A stretch of 63,525 bases of DNA, filler included, from Sphaeroforma arctica JP610 (taxonomy: Eukaryota): the NCBI RefSeq assembly GCF_001186125.1. It is 4 parts of 2 records of this genome, joined end to end, with 100 filler letters (N's around TTAATTAATTAA, not from the genome) between each part and the next. Parts side by side here need not be neighbours in the genome. Positions count along the whole stretch, not along the records: positions 1 to 28,263 come from NW_014040547.1; 3 more parts are not named here. One strand, given 5' to 3'. This document shows, in pieces, positions 12,082-26,667 of this stretch (position 1 is its first letter; every line of letters starts with the position of its first letter). The notes under the pieces are model-generated. The model was given only the letters and a program-made list of their open reading frames with translations, did no database searches and was not told the origin of the DNA. A program made the position numbers and the translations under genes.

Positions 12082-13260
12082 GTGATTCAGAAACGCAAGT
12101 CACAAAGCACTACAATTATTATTGATAGACTCAGACATCACTCAGTGGAAAATTTGATAGATAAGTTTCTCAATGGCATGAAGAACAGGTCATTGAACGT
12201 AGAGGTGCACACAGAGCGGTTGCATAAAACAATGCAAGTGTTAGAGGAGCGTTACCGAAACACGGGCAAGGAGCCAATACACACACAACTCCTCAAGATA
12301 GCGAGATACATGGTACTCATGTACTATGGACAGCAAGAGAAGGTAAACGCAATCATTAAATCAGACAAACTGCCTGATGGAAGTGGTGATCGCTTAGAAA
12401 ATATGAAACATAATGTGTTATACTCTCCTACCGAAGCAACCATAAGAGCAGCAGCCAAAGTACAAGAAAATCGTTTGCACAGATTGCGTAATATATACAA
12501 ATCGAACGTGGCTACTCACAGCTTAACACAGAACACTACAACCACTGTTGCCAAACGTCATAAACCAGACAATGGCGCACTAAGACAGACGAAACCAACA
12601 GGACAGCCCCAAGAAAAGAAAGAGGCACGCGAAAAAACGTGCACGTCCTTATTGTAAAGCCTGTGTCCTATGAAGGCATCGAATCAGAACAAGAAGGCGG
12701 AGGAGCGTGCCAAGAACGATATGCAACTAGCTAGACTGTCTCTCACCTCCGAAAAGGTAGAGGATATAACATATAGCGATAGTTCTGAAAAAGCTATTGG
12801 GCGGAAGCAAACATGATTGACCTGGCTGACAGGCTAAATATAAATGTAGATGACGAAACGTTGCTAACAAACAGAAATGATGTAAATTATCAACCTTTAT
12901 TCTTGCTTTCCGCACCATGAGATCAAAGATTACACATTGATATACGAACTAATTGCAACATATACACTGTACTAATAGACTCAGGTGCACAACGCTCATT
13001 TACGGACAAAGGTATAGTAACTAAAGCATATATATCAGTCAGAGCGCAACCGGGCTACATACAACTAGCATAAACAGATGCGAGAATTGAATAAACAGGA
13101 TCAACCCAGGTATGTGATATTAATTATGGGGGAAAGAATACCTCTCAATGTTTCGAAATACTGGATCTACCAAACAAAGAGGCACCAATACTTCTTATCA
13201 CAGGAGGAGACAGAACAATTAGGATTATTCCTAAAGACCTCACGCAAATGAAACACCAAT
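12082..13260 (+). mobile_element. Decayed gag-like ORF plus retroviral-type aspartic protease remnant
   Basis: A 191-aa helical/basic ORF is followed by VLIDSGAQRSF at ~12969-13001. The gag call rests on position only. Confidence 0.6.
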
Positions 13261-14559
13261 AGACTTTACACCCAATACTAGCCAAATATATAGCAAAAAC
13301 ATTCCACCACTACTACTTCTCCATCATACATGTGTAGAAATACGACCTCCGGTCAGTCTAAAGTATCAAGATCAAATGAGATAACACATTGGTTATCTTT
13401 GTATTTAAAATATTTTAATACAAGTTCTTTTTCCAATATTTCCAATGTGTTCTAAATTGACTTTGATGGCTCGAATAGCCAGAGTATTTGGTATGACTCA
13501 TTTACTTCGACCTATTTGAGACGATAGTAGATGTAGGATATTAAAAACTAAATTTTATAATCTCTGAAATAGTTTGGTCTTCCCGCCAATCTCCAAAACC
13601 CAATAAGTCTTTTTAATTTTTTAATTTTTCTTCAGATGGAACTTTATAGATATTAGCTAATGTATTAAATTGACTTACGTTCTTATGTCTATCTACAAAT
13701 TAGACATGTGGTCATGAACACTTAGTACTTCTAGTGAGAATTATTCAATAAAGAACAGCTAGAGGTACGTCCTGTGTGATCGAGGTTATTAAAGCTCTTA
13801 CCAAGAGGCAGTCCCAATCATTCTTACACAAGCTACCACTGCTAAAGCCTAACTGACTTAAATTGTATCTTAGTTTATATAACATAGTTTAAAACATAGA
13901 AATATCCATCGAAGTTTATACATGTTCCAGGCAAAGGTAACCGAATGGCAGTTGTGTTGCCGTGTCTACACGAAAACAAGTTTAATACCAAAACGTTAGA
14001 GGTTTTTAAAGACGCGAACAAAACAACACATACACAGCAGCGAAGTAGACCATGACATACCATCTTAGAAACAAACATGTCTATAACCATTGTATTATGT
14101 TGTATAGACTAAATGTTACACCTCAGATTCTAAGAAAAAACTGAAAGAAGGTTTGATAGATTCATGTATAGTAGATCTGTTGACATCGGCACACAATGTA
14201 CATACAGACTAATTCAATTACACAAAAGAATTGAATATGCTCCTACAGAAGTGTGTGCAGGAAGTAAATGCATGGTCAAAACCACTGTGGGAACTCATAC
14301 CTGGTGTCTTGGACGAAGTCATTGAGGAAGATATCAACATCATAACAGTATGTGTACCATACTACCCCATGCAACAGTGATTTTCAAAATTTCGGTCTTT
14401 ACTAGAAGAAAACCCGATACTAGTGGAAAACACAAACAACACAATGTCCGTAAGGAAGGCACAAAAACATTTGAATGTCACATTAGGGATAATATTATTT
14501 ATTTCAACAACAAAAAAAGATTTGTTACAATGTATGTATGTAGTAGTGTATGAACATAT

Positions 14560-14900
14560 GATATGGCTCTCATAGCCGTTGTAGTGGTTCGGGAAAATCG
14601 ATGGGAAGAAGTGGTCAGTAAATTACCGTTTGAAGCTTGGGCCAAGTGAGTCGACGATGGATGATATGTGCTGAGTCAATTCGGGTCGGTGCTGACAAAA
14701 CACTGTATGACGAGATGTGCTCTCATTATATGTCATAATCAGACCAATGAGCGACAAATCAGCTGCAACTGTAGCACGTACGCTGTTACCAATAGCGTGT
14801 GAACATGGGCTCCCACAAATCCTACAGGCAGACTAAGGCACTGAATATTTTAATGAAATACTCTCAAAAGTCATTGAACAAGTGCCGACACAACACTTAG
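14560..14900 (+). mobile_element. Decayed integrase core fragment
   Basis: AATVARTLLPIACEHGLPQILQAD*GTEYFNEIL at ~14762-14865. Confidence 0.7.
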
Positions 14901-15706
14901 TCTCTCGCTCGGCACAAACTATTTAGAAATTTTATGCATGTGCTTGGCTACTTGCGCGAATCTAAATATGTAAATTCGTGAATATCGTGAGTTCAAGAAT
15001 CGTGACGCATCATGAATGCGGAATGTCACTATATGACGCAAGTATTTATAATTTATGTAAACAATACTTTAAAAAAACAAAAAAACAAACAAAATACTGC
15101 TAGTTGGTCAAGGGCCTCAACCGCCTTCAAAGCTCAAACCTCACGGGGCTCAAACATCAGTGCATACTCCATTGCTCTTTTACGAGTTTACCGTGAGCGT
15201 AATGGCTATAGTCACTATAGTGTATAGATAGTAGTATTGTTTACCCTGTATTTAAGGTCTATGTACTGAATAGAAGTTGAACGGAAACGCATATTTTATT
15301 CGATTTATATAAGTAACAACATTTTCAACTTTGCACTTGGGAGTTGGCATTCAGACACCTATTTCTGTTAAATTGAACAACGAGGGTTGTTTATTTACGC
15401 CAGAATATTGAATATAAGACAATCTTGGTAACCTGATATATACACCCTGTATAATTTGGTGCTTGATGAGGTGATGACTCGTTCTGTGTATCTTTTGAAA
15501 ATTTAGGTCTGCGGGCAATTTTGGGTTCAGTTCGGTAAAAAATATTTACGTACATTTCAGGAGCTTTTTTTAAAAGAAAAGTGAATTCAGAGTTACGTAT
15601 CGGTTGCTTTTTTAGAAAAAAACCTCCCCAACCCCTACTACTAATCTACTAAATAAATACATAAGGACTTTGAGTCTTTGTCAACTTGAGACTATTATGT
15701 ATAGAC

Positions 15707-15953
15707 CAGGGTTGTTAAACGGACAAGAAAAGTCCTGCCCGGAAAACCATTTGCATTTACAGACAGCCGGACAAAGGGCATTATATGGACCAAACAAACG
15801 GACAGGCATCATTCTTGAAAAGGACAAATAGTTTGGGTCAATTTGTACCAGGCGAACGGGACACACGGACAGCCTCAAAAAACAGGTCATAATACCATGG
15901 GCTGCCTTCCCCCCCCCGGACAGTTTAGTCCATTTGTCCGTTTAACAACCCTG
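15707..15953. mobile_element. hAT-like MITE (247 bp)
   Basis: Perfect 20-bp TIR cagggttgttaaacggacaa / ttgtccgtttaacaaccctg; 8-bp flanks gtatagac / gcacagac (6/8 match, degenerate TSD); repeated internal ggaca motifs. Confidence 0.85.
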
Positions 15954-16970
15954 GCACAGACTGGGCAATTGTGCAAGTGTGCAGTGTGCGGCACACCGCA
16001 GGCTCCAAAGAGTATCCTTCCGTACGTCACATACATACCACCAATTGTGTATTTGACGTCATATTGCTTCGTGTAAAACGAAGTATGTATAGTACTTTAT
16101 TTCTTGTGAAAAAACCCAGTTTGTCGGATACAACAAGCCAATAAAAAGTTGATTTTTAAGATGAGGTTTCTATTGTTGGGATTCGTTTTCTCTTTTTATT
16201 TAAAAAACAATAAAAACAAAAACAAAAACTACAAAAGAAACCATAAATACATTAGAAAAAATAGGGTTTTTTATTTGAGGCAGAGTGTACAATTGTAAAT
16301 AAATACGTAGAACAAAGTTACTGTTATTTGTGATACATTTTAAAAAACAAAAAACAAAACAAAACATGAAAACAAAGTTTGTTAATAATATGCCAAAAAC
16401 GAAAAAACAACAACAGTAGGTTTCATTGATTTAAGGTTCATTTATGAGCTATTTGATCTAATTGGAATCTTTTGAGCATTTTCCACTGCATATCTTTAAA
16501 ACTCCCAGATCCGAGGCATACTCTATAGTCATAGTCTATACTCGATTGTGTAGACTACATATGTATAGTCTATGCAGTATACAGCACGTAATACATACTG
16601 CCTGGCAGTATATACGGGACTGCTCACTGCACCTTACCAATAATTCAAGGAGAACTATATGTTTAAATAGTTTACTTCGATAAGTATCTAGCTTAGCACG
16701 AATAAGATCTGCTTCATGTCTCAGTGTAATTGGGCAATGCTTATAGATTATTAGGCTCATATATACGGTTTTGCTTTACGGTTGTAATTTCAAATCGCAA
16801 TTCGCTACGGTATGGGATTTCTTGTTGACACACTTGAAAGCAAACGAACGAAATAACAATTGATCAATGAGCTATAAAACCTTCGGAGAGCGAAAGTGAT
16901 TAGTCAGTAGAACTCAATTTAAAATATTATTCGAAGTATAGAACAGAAAAGGGCTGATATTTTATTCGGG

Positions 16971-18738
16971 ATGGCCAGTTTAAAGCAAGCATGTAGTCGT
17001 CTTAATAGCTCCGCTGCTACACAATCAGAATGGACTAAGAAAGTAGAAAAGCCCATTGCCGTTGCAAATAGTATTTGCAAGCCTACTGGTGAAGCGCATT
17101 GTCAACTACGCCGGTCTATTGAAGGGCATCTAGAACTGGAGCGACGAGCGTCGTGGTACTTATGATTTGGTGGTGTGTGCCCTTGATATGGAATATCCCT
17201 CTGCTATGAAATGGGGGTTTGAACAGTAGTATGGACTTTGTAACGAGTCTAAACTTTCTGATAGTCGTGGGCAGCAGAAACGAGTTTTTCGTATGGTTCG
17301 TATACATACTGATTACCAATGTCAGTGTGTTGCTATGTGCTCGGTCTAGATTCAAAATATTCCTCAATCGCATGGCTTACAATCTGGGTGGTCTTCACGC
17401 AGGCTTAGTCATGTTCCTAATAGTGTCACTAATTGCTCAGATTATCATCCGATATAATGAGGTGGACACAGTGTGCTTTTCAGCCTTTCTGCTAGTTGGT
17501 GTTCTGGCTATATCAGTCTTTGCATATCCAGCTTATCGACACAAGCAGAAGCACCATGATTATTTCGAATACAGCCACCGCTTCATTGGCTGGTTGCTGG
17601 CTGTAGTCGTAATTGTGCAGATTGTGTATACCACAGTTGTAACCAATGGTGATCTCTGGCGCTCCGCATCAACCTACTTGCTGGTGTGTTCAGTGTTCTT
17701 GGTTACTTGGCCGTGGATAACGATGAAAAAGGTGACCATGGATATCGACGCACCCTCTAAAATGGTAACAACACTAACCACAGCCCAATCAACAGCCTTT
17801 GCGTGTGCCGGTACCACAGGGCGCGTTTCGTTTGGATTCGCATCTCATTACCACTCTTTCGCTATCCTCAATGCATTGACTGGTGACAAGGGTACCACGT
17901 TTACAGTAAGTTCTGTAGGAGACTGGACGTTAAAATTGAACGCAAAAGGATCAGAAGGTGGGGGTGTATATCCATCTCATGTGCCCAAACCTCATACGAT
18001 GTATGTTCGCCGGTTTGCAGCACCAGGATTCATGTATCTCGCACGAACATATAAACGCGTCGTGTGTGTGGGAACTGGTGCTGGGATTGCTCCGATTGCC
18101 TCGTATCTGCCTGACCCAACCACAAATATGCTATTACTCTGGGTCGGTAGGGACTTCAAATCTACCTATGGCGCATTGTAGGATACTATCATCAAACACA
18201 AAGACCTCATCATGGTGGACATGACGCTTCCTTCTAGTGTGGACAACCCATGCGAACCACTATCGGATGAGATTCTGTATTCAAGCGCCACCACCCCAAC
18301 CGCACAGCTAGCTGCGATGGGCGAGGGGACAAACAGCGATCAACATGAAAACCTCGAGCGCAAGCAGAGCATCGCTGAGTTGACCATTGCTTACTTAGAG
18401 GCGGAAGACAATGCAGCTGACACTGCGGCAGCTCAGAATGTTAAAATAGACGTGCCTTGTGTCGAGCTCAAACAGGGTAACAAAATATTCCCAGCTATCT
18501 CATTTTGTCCCACAGGTACAGTGGCGCTTGTGAATGAAGAGCAGGCAGAGGATGCGGTTCCTATCCCGCCACCGGGTAAAAAAAACGTCCCAATTTGTCA
18601 AAGCTCACACTGGCAGCAGTTGAGGTATACAAAGCAGACGCAGTGTTCATTGTCTCTGGTCCTAAACCAACTTATGATCTCACACATGCGCTCTGGAAGC
18701 GTGGCATCCCGGCGTACGGTGCCACGTGGGATAGTTAA
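16971..18738 (+). pseudogene. Intronless TmpA/NPS12-like membrane flavo-oxidoreductase (ferric-reductase-like TM region plus FAD/NAD-binding region), disrupted
   Basis: GGLHAG, HHDYFEYSHRFIGW, YHSFA, GDWT, RVVCVGTGAGIAP, RPNLSKL and terminal RGIPAYGATWDS*. Lesions: frameshift near 17130, TGA near 17207, TAG at 18179, frameshift in the poly-A at ~18578-18586. Confidence 0.72.
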
Positions 18739-19433
18739 GGATGACACTTCATAGCGATAAGAAAAGTTGATCTCATTCGCAAACATCGAGACAATACAGA
18801 CTTTTTAAAAATACAAAGCACATACTATCGAATCTCTTATACTTTGAGTTGCTTGCTGTATAAATATAGACGCTCCACTAGCATTCGCTAGTATACTTTT
18901 GTCTGTGTTTGGAGGTGGTTTCAAGTTGTCCGAGGTCGCAGTCTCTAAGGATATCAAATGGGGCAGACTAAATGTGGTTAAATGTTGCGTAGATATATAA
19001 GAAATCTTTTAACTGGCCAGGTCAAAATCGGGAAATGGACGGTGAAGACGAATGCACACAAGCGCTGATAGAAGCGGGGTGCCTTTGTGCGAATAAGCAT
19101 TCTATACAGTCTTCATTCGATAGTATCTTCGGTATACTAGCTAATTGTGATATCTTTTTGAGAGATTTTAAGCCTGAAGTGATGTAGGAGCAACCATCAG
19201 TATAAGTATTGTACATGAAAATATCGCTAGTGTCCATCCGGAGATCAAAACGTTCCACAACACGATCACTCCTTTTAATCTTTGCAAGCAGCCCTTGTTC
19301 TGGCTCACGCCCTGTCGAAATTGCTGCTACAATACCTAACCATTGCAAACTATATTATGACACGAACCTTTGTCGCTATTATACACAATGGCCTGTGCTT
19401 ACAAGCTATAGACCATTATGCGTCAATTTGACA

Positions 19434-22400
19434 CTAATAGCCCGTCGCAGCATTGGCGTTGAGCGAAGTGTTTACAGTCGGCGTCTCTCCAGGGGGACGC
19501 CGAGGCATTGCAACCGGCCTAGCACCTACTTGGCTGTGTGATATCGTCTGGCGTAAGTTTTTCGGTTGGTTCTCGCTGGCGGTACTTGCACTCACAGGGT
19601 TTGGTTGTGAAAGACTACTCGACAGCGGAGACGCAGGTCTTACCCTAGGGTAGAGGGACGTCTGAACGGGGCTCAGCCTGCCTCCCTGCGTGTACGTTGT
19701 CCTTGGACTTACCGACAGACGTCCATTCCCCGGTCCTGCTGAGCAAGACCTCGACCTGGGCAAGGCCTGAGGAGGATCCCCATTGTCAAAGTTCTGTGCC
19801 AGCGAGTCATGGCTGCCCACACGGCCCCTGTCAGGTAGTGAGCTCACCACGTCATCCGCGCTTCTAAGCTCTGCGGGAGAACTGGGCATTACGGATCGGA
19901 TCTCCAGCACTCCCGGTGTACTGGCACGTCTCGTGTCTATAGGCCTCCGAGGTGTGACTAACGGCCCTGTCTCATCGGAATGGGTTCGGGTGCACGAGGG
20001 AATGGGGGCTTGACCGGTACGTGGCGGTATAGTCACTGGTGTCGGCGTGCTTGGGTTTGTGGTCGCTTCTGCATGTGTAGTCACAGACTCACCAGTGTGC
20101 ATCAGCCGCGGGATGTTATCCGGCAGACCCCCACTGCCACTGGGCTTAAGTATAGCGTCCAAGGCTTCCGCGGCCGACAGTTCGGGACTCTCCGTGCGCG
20201 TGCGCGATGCCGGCATCACCACACCCGCACTACTACCAGACCGCTCGCGTATATGGTCCACGTGGATGGAGAAGTCTCGGGGTATATTCGGCTGTGTGCG
20301 GATGGCCATAGACTGTGTGGCGTGTACTGGCAGACGACGAGAGGAGTGCCCGTGTTCGGTGGTGGGGCTGACGTTGCCAACGGTCACAGGCGGGATGCCC
20401 ATACTCCCGGCACGCCCCACGGTGGCATGACTCTTGGAGCTGAAGGACACGGATTCTGATTGGAGTGCGTTTAAAACGTGGTCCGGCAACCGACTGGGTA
20501 CTTGCGGTTGTGGGGATTTTGGTGGCGGTTCGGATTGGCGCGCACCGAGACCGGAAAAGTCCATTACATTGTCGTACGAAAGGGACTTCCTGTACGACAA
20601 AGAATGCAGGTAAACGTACAATAAGAATGTAGGTAAATGTAGAAACAGAATGCAGGTAAACGTAGAATAAGAATGTAGGTAAATGTAGAAACAGAATGCA
20701 GGTAAACGTACAATAAGAATGTAGGCAAATGTAGAAACATAATGCAGGTAAACGTAGAATAAGAATGTAGGTAAATGTAGAATAAGAATGCAGGTAAACG
20801 TANNNNNNNNNNNNNNNNNNNNNNNNNNNNNNNNNNNNNNNNNNNNNNNNNNNNNNNNNNNNNNNNNNNNNNNNNNNNNNNNNNNNNNNNNNNNNNNNNN
20901 NNNNNNNNNNNNNNNNNNNNNNNNNNNNNNNNNNNNNNNNNNNNNNNNNNNNNNNNNNNNNNNNNNNNNNNNNNNNNNNNNNNNNNNNNNNNNNNNNNNN
21001 NNNNNNNNNNNNNNNNNNNNNNNNNNNNNNNNNNNNNNNNNNNNNNNNNNNNNNNNNNNNNNNNNNNNNNNNNNNNNNNNCAATAAGAATGTAGGTGAAT
21101 GTAGAAACAGAATGCAGGTAAACGTAGAATAAGAATGTATGTAAATGTAGAACAAGAATGTAGGTAAACGTAGAAAAAAATGTAGGTAAACGAAGAATAA
21201 AAACGTAGGAAAACGTAGAATAAGAATGTAGGTAAACGTAGAATAAGAATGTAGGTAATCGTAGAATAAGAATGCAGGTGAACGTAGAAAAAGAATGTAG
21301 GTAAACGTAGAATAAAAACGTAGAATAAGAATGTAGGTAAACATTGAAAAATAATGCAGGTAAACGTGGAATAAGAATGTAGGTAAACATCGGATAAGAA
21401 TGTAGGTAAACATAGAATAAGAATGAAGGTAAACGTAAGATAAAAAATATACGCAAACGTAGAATAAAAATGTAGGTAAACTTAGAAAGAATGTAGGTGA
21501 ACGTAGGACAAGAATGTAGGTGAACGTAGAACAAGATTGTGAATGTAGAATAGAGTGTAGGTAAACGTATAAAAATATTGGTAGGTAAATGTGGAATAAG
21601 ATTGTACGTAAACGTAGAATAAGAATGAAGGTAAACGTAGAATAAAAATACAGGTAAACGTAGAATGAAAATGTAAGTAAACTTGGAAAGAATGCAGGTA
21701 AACGTAGAATAAGAATATAGTGAACGTAGAATAAGAATGTAGGTAAACTTAAGATATGAATGTAGGTAATTTTGGAACAAGAATGTAGACAATTATATAA
21801 AAAGAATTCGGGTAAACGTAGAATAAGAATGTAGGTTAAACGTAGAACAAGAATGTAGGTAAACGTGCACAGCAACGGTATGCTGATTGCAGGTGACTAG
21901 CGAAAGGTGCATGGGAGTGATGGTACTATCAACAACAGTAACTAGACAGTGTAGGGTGGGATGTATCGGAGAATTGCCCAGAGCCCGGCATGACACACAT
22001 GCGATGGGACTGCGGGTTCTTCTATACACCAGAATAGTATAGCCGGCTGTAGTTGAAAGCGTATACTTTTAAAATTGTCAGAGGCTCCAAGTTGGGCACA
22101 CCCAGAGATGCACCATTGGTGCCCAGGGCAACACACGCGCGCGTATGTGTGCGTGAACTCGCTTGTACTTGTCAATATAATATCAATACTATCGCGTATA
22201 TGTTATGCATGTATTTCCATAGTCACAGGTAACCCGTCAACGTTGTGTAGCGTGTGTTAGTCAGCCTAAATTCTCGTATTGCTAAAGTCTGTACTTAATA
22301 AGGCAACAGAGTTCCAATATCTCAGAAGCTACACCAAAAACGAGCGCCCCTGCCTGTCCCTGTTATCCTGATAGTAGTATACGCACTTCAGACTGATAGG

Positions 22401-24909
22401 AGCCTTGATGTGCATATAGGAGTCCACGCAAATACGAATAAATCAGTACGTATGTGATAGATATCAAGTGATCCTCCCTTCCGGACAACCAGAGAATGTG
22501 AGAGAATGTGGTCAATCAAATATTCTCTGCGAATACGAATTAATGAGAAGTAAGCGCAGTGAAATGGTCACTATCCTCCAATCACTATAAATATATATAT
22601 ATATATATAAGACTTGGAATTGTCCCATCAATAAGTCCGATCACACCAATACGATGCCACAGCACGACAAGCAACAACAGACGAGCGAAGTCCGACACAA
22701 CACACTCACGTCTAAGATAGTATACATGCAGTCCATTCTATGGCCATAAGTGGCAAAAGCTCACTGAAAACAACAGGGTGCTCTAGATACGTGCAAGGAG
22801 AACCGTAAGGGTGAGTTGAGCTTTATTCTCCGCTATCAGGTAATTGTTCATACCGCGGCACAGGCAACGACGGCTGTCTAGCCACCTGTGTTTGCTCTGC
22901 ACTATCCGTAACACTAATCTGTAAACCCGATATATCGGGGTTGTGCGATGCCCGCCTATCAGAGGGGCGTGTAGGTAAGACACCCGCCATTATCAGTGCG
23001 GTCCCCTCCACAGGTAAGGACAGCTCTCGTATGGCTGATATATGAGTCGCTTCTGCACTATGTGTACTGTCTATGTCCCTTCTATCGAATGTGGGGTGTG
23101 GGTCGCCTCTAGCGGGTATTCTTGGTAAGGGTGTGGTGGGGGGCGAGTGCGTCCGATCGGCGGAAGCCCCCGAGAACTCCACGCTATTGTTGAACGTGAG
23201 TGAGTGCCTATAATACACACGTGCACAGGTGGTTGAGAGAGATAGCATACGACATGTGTTAATCACTTGCAGTAGGAAAACCAGGTATGGTTTCTGCTTG
23301 CTAACATGTTCATAGATGTATACGCACAAACATATACATATATATATATAAGTTTACTACGTAAAAGTAGAAGTATAGGCATGTATAAGTACTAAAGTTT
23401 AAGAACACGGATATGTATAAAAATGTTTAAGTAGAAGTAGAAGTATAACCATACTAGAAGTATAAGTATAAGTATAAGTATAAGTATAAGTAGAAGTAGA
23501 AGTAGAAGTATGTATATGTGTAAGTATATATGTGTGTATATGTATATATATATGTATATGAACATGTATATGTATACGTATCCGTATATATATACGTAAA
23601 AATTTGAGCAGAAAGTAGAAGTAGCAGTAGAAGTAGAAGTAAAAGTCCTTTCAATGACGCGTTTGTCTTACGAGTAAGCTGCCAAGGCATAGTCTGGTTT
23701 GGACCGATACCACTTATCAGTTGAAAACAGTCGTTGTGGTGACTATGGTATATGAAATCCGGTTGAAGCATAGCACATGCCAGCTTACACTACTATATAA
23801 TATGCATCACTGATGTTTGACGTTCATCGTCTTCTTTGTTCCTATGCATGCTCAGTTGTTCCGAAACACTCGTTATGTTGGGATACCCTCCCAAACACAC
23901 CGCACGTTCTCACAAACTAATTACCTGTGCACACGTACGTTGTGTGGCCGGTAATAGACACTCCCTGCGCTCACATATACTTTGTCGGTTCTCAGAAGTA
24001 CACTACTTGCACTCATACATACATACATATATACATACACACAAACAAATATACATATATACATACGTACATACATACATATATACATACACACAAACAA
24101 ATATACATATATACATACGTACATACATATATACATAGATACATACATAGATACATAGATACATAGATACATAGATACATAGGCGTGCATACATACGACC
24201 ATACATACATACATACATACATACGTGCATACATACATACAAACATACATACGTGCATACATACATTCGTACATACATACACAGTCTGTTCTGGAAAGGA
24301 CATACTTTGCTTGAAGTGTGGATGCGTCTATAGGCTGCAATGATGATCTGCCAGATCGGTTGGCTATCGGCGACTTCGCGGGCCGCGGCGGAGGAGCCTA
24401 CGGTTATGCACACATGTGTATTAGTGCACAGATAGATACTCTTGATGTGTGCTATTGCTATACTGTTATATATAACGTACATACGGTTGGTGTATATAAT
24501 GTACTAGCGTGCATAAGCCATTCGACGTAGAATACACCTGTTGTGCATGCGACGGGGTTGGCGGACACACGGTGTGTTGGGAGGGTGGGCATGTGATTGG
24601 TGTGCTTTAGGGTTTTAGGGTTTACCGTTGTTAGTAGTGATGCTTATACACTAACATCATGGACACCCGGTTTCATAGATGGACGATACATCCATGTCAT
24701 TTAGTGGCGTAGAATAGAAGAGATTTAGGAGGACTACCCCGCTGTGATAAAACACATCTCATATAGCACCTTGGAATATACGACATAACTGCCACAGGAT
24801 ATAAAGCAGTCTCGAATATACAGGAACACTACCAACACGCAGCGAATGCACATACATATACATACATACATACACGCATAAATATACACACACACACATA
24901 CATATATAT

Positions 24910-24940
<31 letters not shown>

Positions 24941-26424
24941 TATATATATATATAAATATATACATACATACATACATAAATATATATATATACATATACA
25001 TATATATATATATATATATATGTTATTTATATATATATATAATACGACAAACAACGCAGCAGAACATACCTCTTCTTCGATAGCCACTGGTAAGAGTGAC
25101 GATGTGTTGATTGCAAGTGCAATTGATTTCTTCTTGGACAGTCCGTTGTTTTCCTTCTGCGCTAAAGAGTTTCTTCGGTAGGGGTCTACTACCACCTGTG
25201 CCATACAGTGGTGTGCTGTGTGAGTGACTCGCGTAGCCCACTATCAGGCGTGCTTGGTGGAGCCGAGGAGACTGCACACAGCTCACAGAGGTATACAAAC
25301 ATCTACGCCAAGTGATATATTGTAACGTGTGCGAAGCGTACAGACTAGTACAAGCCTTGAGTGAAACCCCCCCCCAACGGGCGAAAAAAAATCCCCACCC
25401 CACCCGCTCACCTCATGACTGCGACAGATAAACAAGAACGAATAAACCAGAGCGCACTTTGCCATCTCATCTGATCACATGACAACATGAACTAGTTTAA
25501 ACCCTATGAAAACATGAACTAGTTTAAACCCTATGAAAACATGAACTAGTTTAAACCCTATGAAAACATGAACTAGTTTAAACCCCATGAAAACATGAAC
25601 TAGTTTAAACCCCATGACAACATGAACTAGTTTAAACCCCATGACAACATGAACTAGTTTAAACCCCATGACAACATGAACTAGTTTAAACCCCATGACA
25701 ACATGAACTAGTTTACACCCCATGACAACATGAACTAGTTTAAACCCCATGACAACATGAACTAGTTTAAACCCCATGACAACATGTTTAAACCCTATGA
25801 CAACATGAACTAGTTAAAACCCCTTGACAACATGAACTAGTTTAAACCTCATGACAACATGAACTAGCTTAAACCCCTCACACTTGTTAGGGGATGGGCC
25901 ACAGACTTACCGATTGCAGCTCTCTCATCTCCTTCCGACAGAAAGGGCACTCGTTCTTGGCCTGTTTCTGCCACTCTGAAACACTGTGGGGAAGCACACA
26001 GAGAACGGGAGGGTGTAATGAGCGCAGGCAGAGATGGTGACAAACGAAACACTGTGGCGAAGCGCACAGAGAGGGTGAAGCACGCGTGGCAGCACACAGA
26101 CAACGGGAGGGTGTAGTGAGCGCAGGCAGAGATGGTGACAAAAAATACATTATCCACTGTACGGATTGAGTGTACCTACTGTGGGCTGTGCGGGCGAGCT
26201 TGCGTTATACTTGTGTGCTTACGTTTTTACTTGTGTGCTTACGTGATAGAGTGTTGTGGGTGGCATGGCATGCATCTAAAAGACATCACACGCCACGCAC
26301 ACGCGCACCCCAACGTATACGCCAAGATAAACGTTCTTGTTCTGCACTAGGAATCTCCAAGGCGCACGCATTCAAATACGACTTTCTAATATCTTACTAT
26401 ATATATATATATATATATATATTN

Positions 26425-26500
<76 letters not shown>

Positions 26501-26540
26501 NNNNNNNNNNNNNNNNNNNNTACTAACTACTACTACTATA

Positions 26541-26631
<91 letters not shown>

Positions 26632-26633
26632 CG

Positions 26634-26667
<34 letters not shown>

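Noticed and set aside
20590..21875. N-terminal half of the 813-aa ORF and the 519-aa ORF
   Set aside because: These are translations of a minisatellite and an N gap; only 19434-20589 looks like a real exon.
25478..25880. 27-bp repeat array as a CRISPR array or a (MGFKLVHVV)n repeat protein
   Set aside because: Units are head-to-tail with no unique spacers, no cas genes are present, and the array lies in a Cbl intron.
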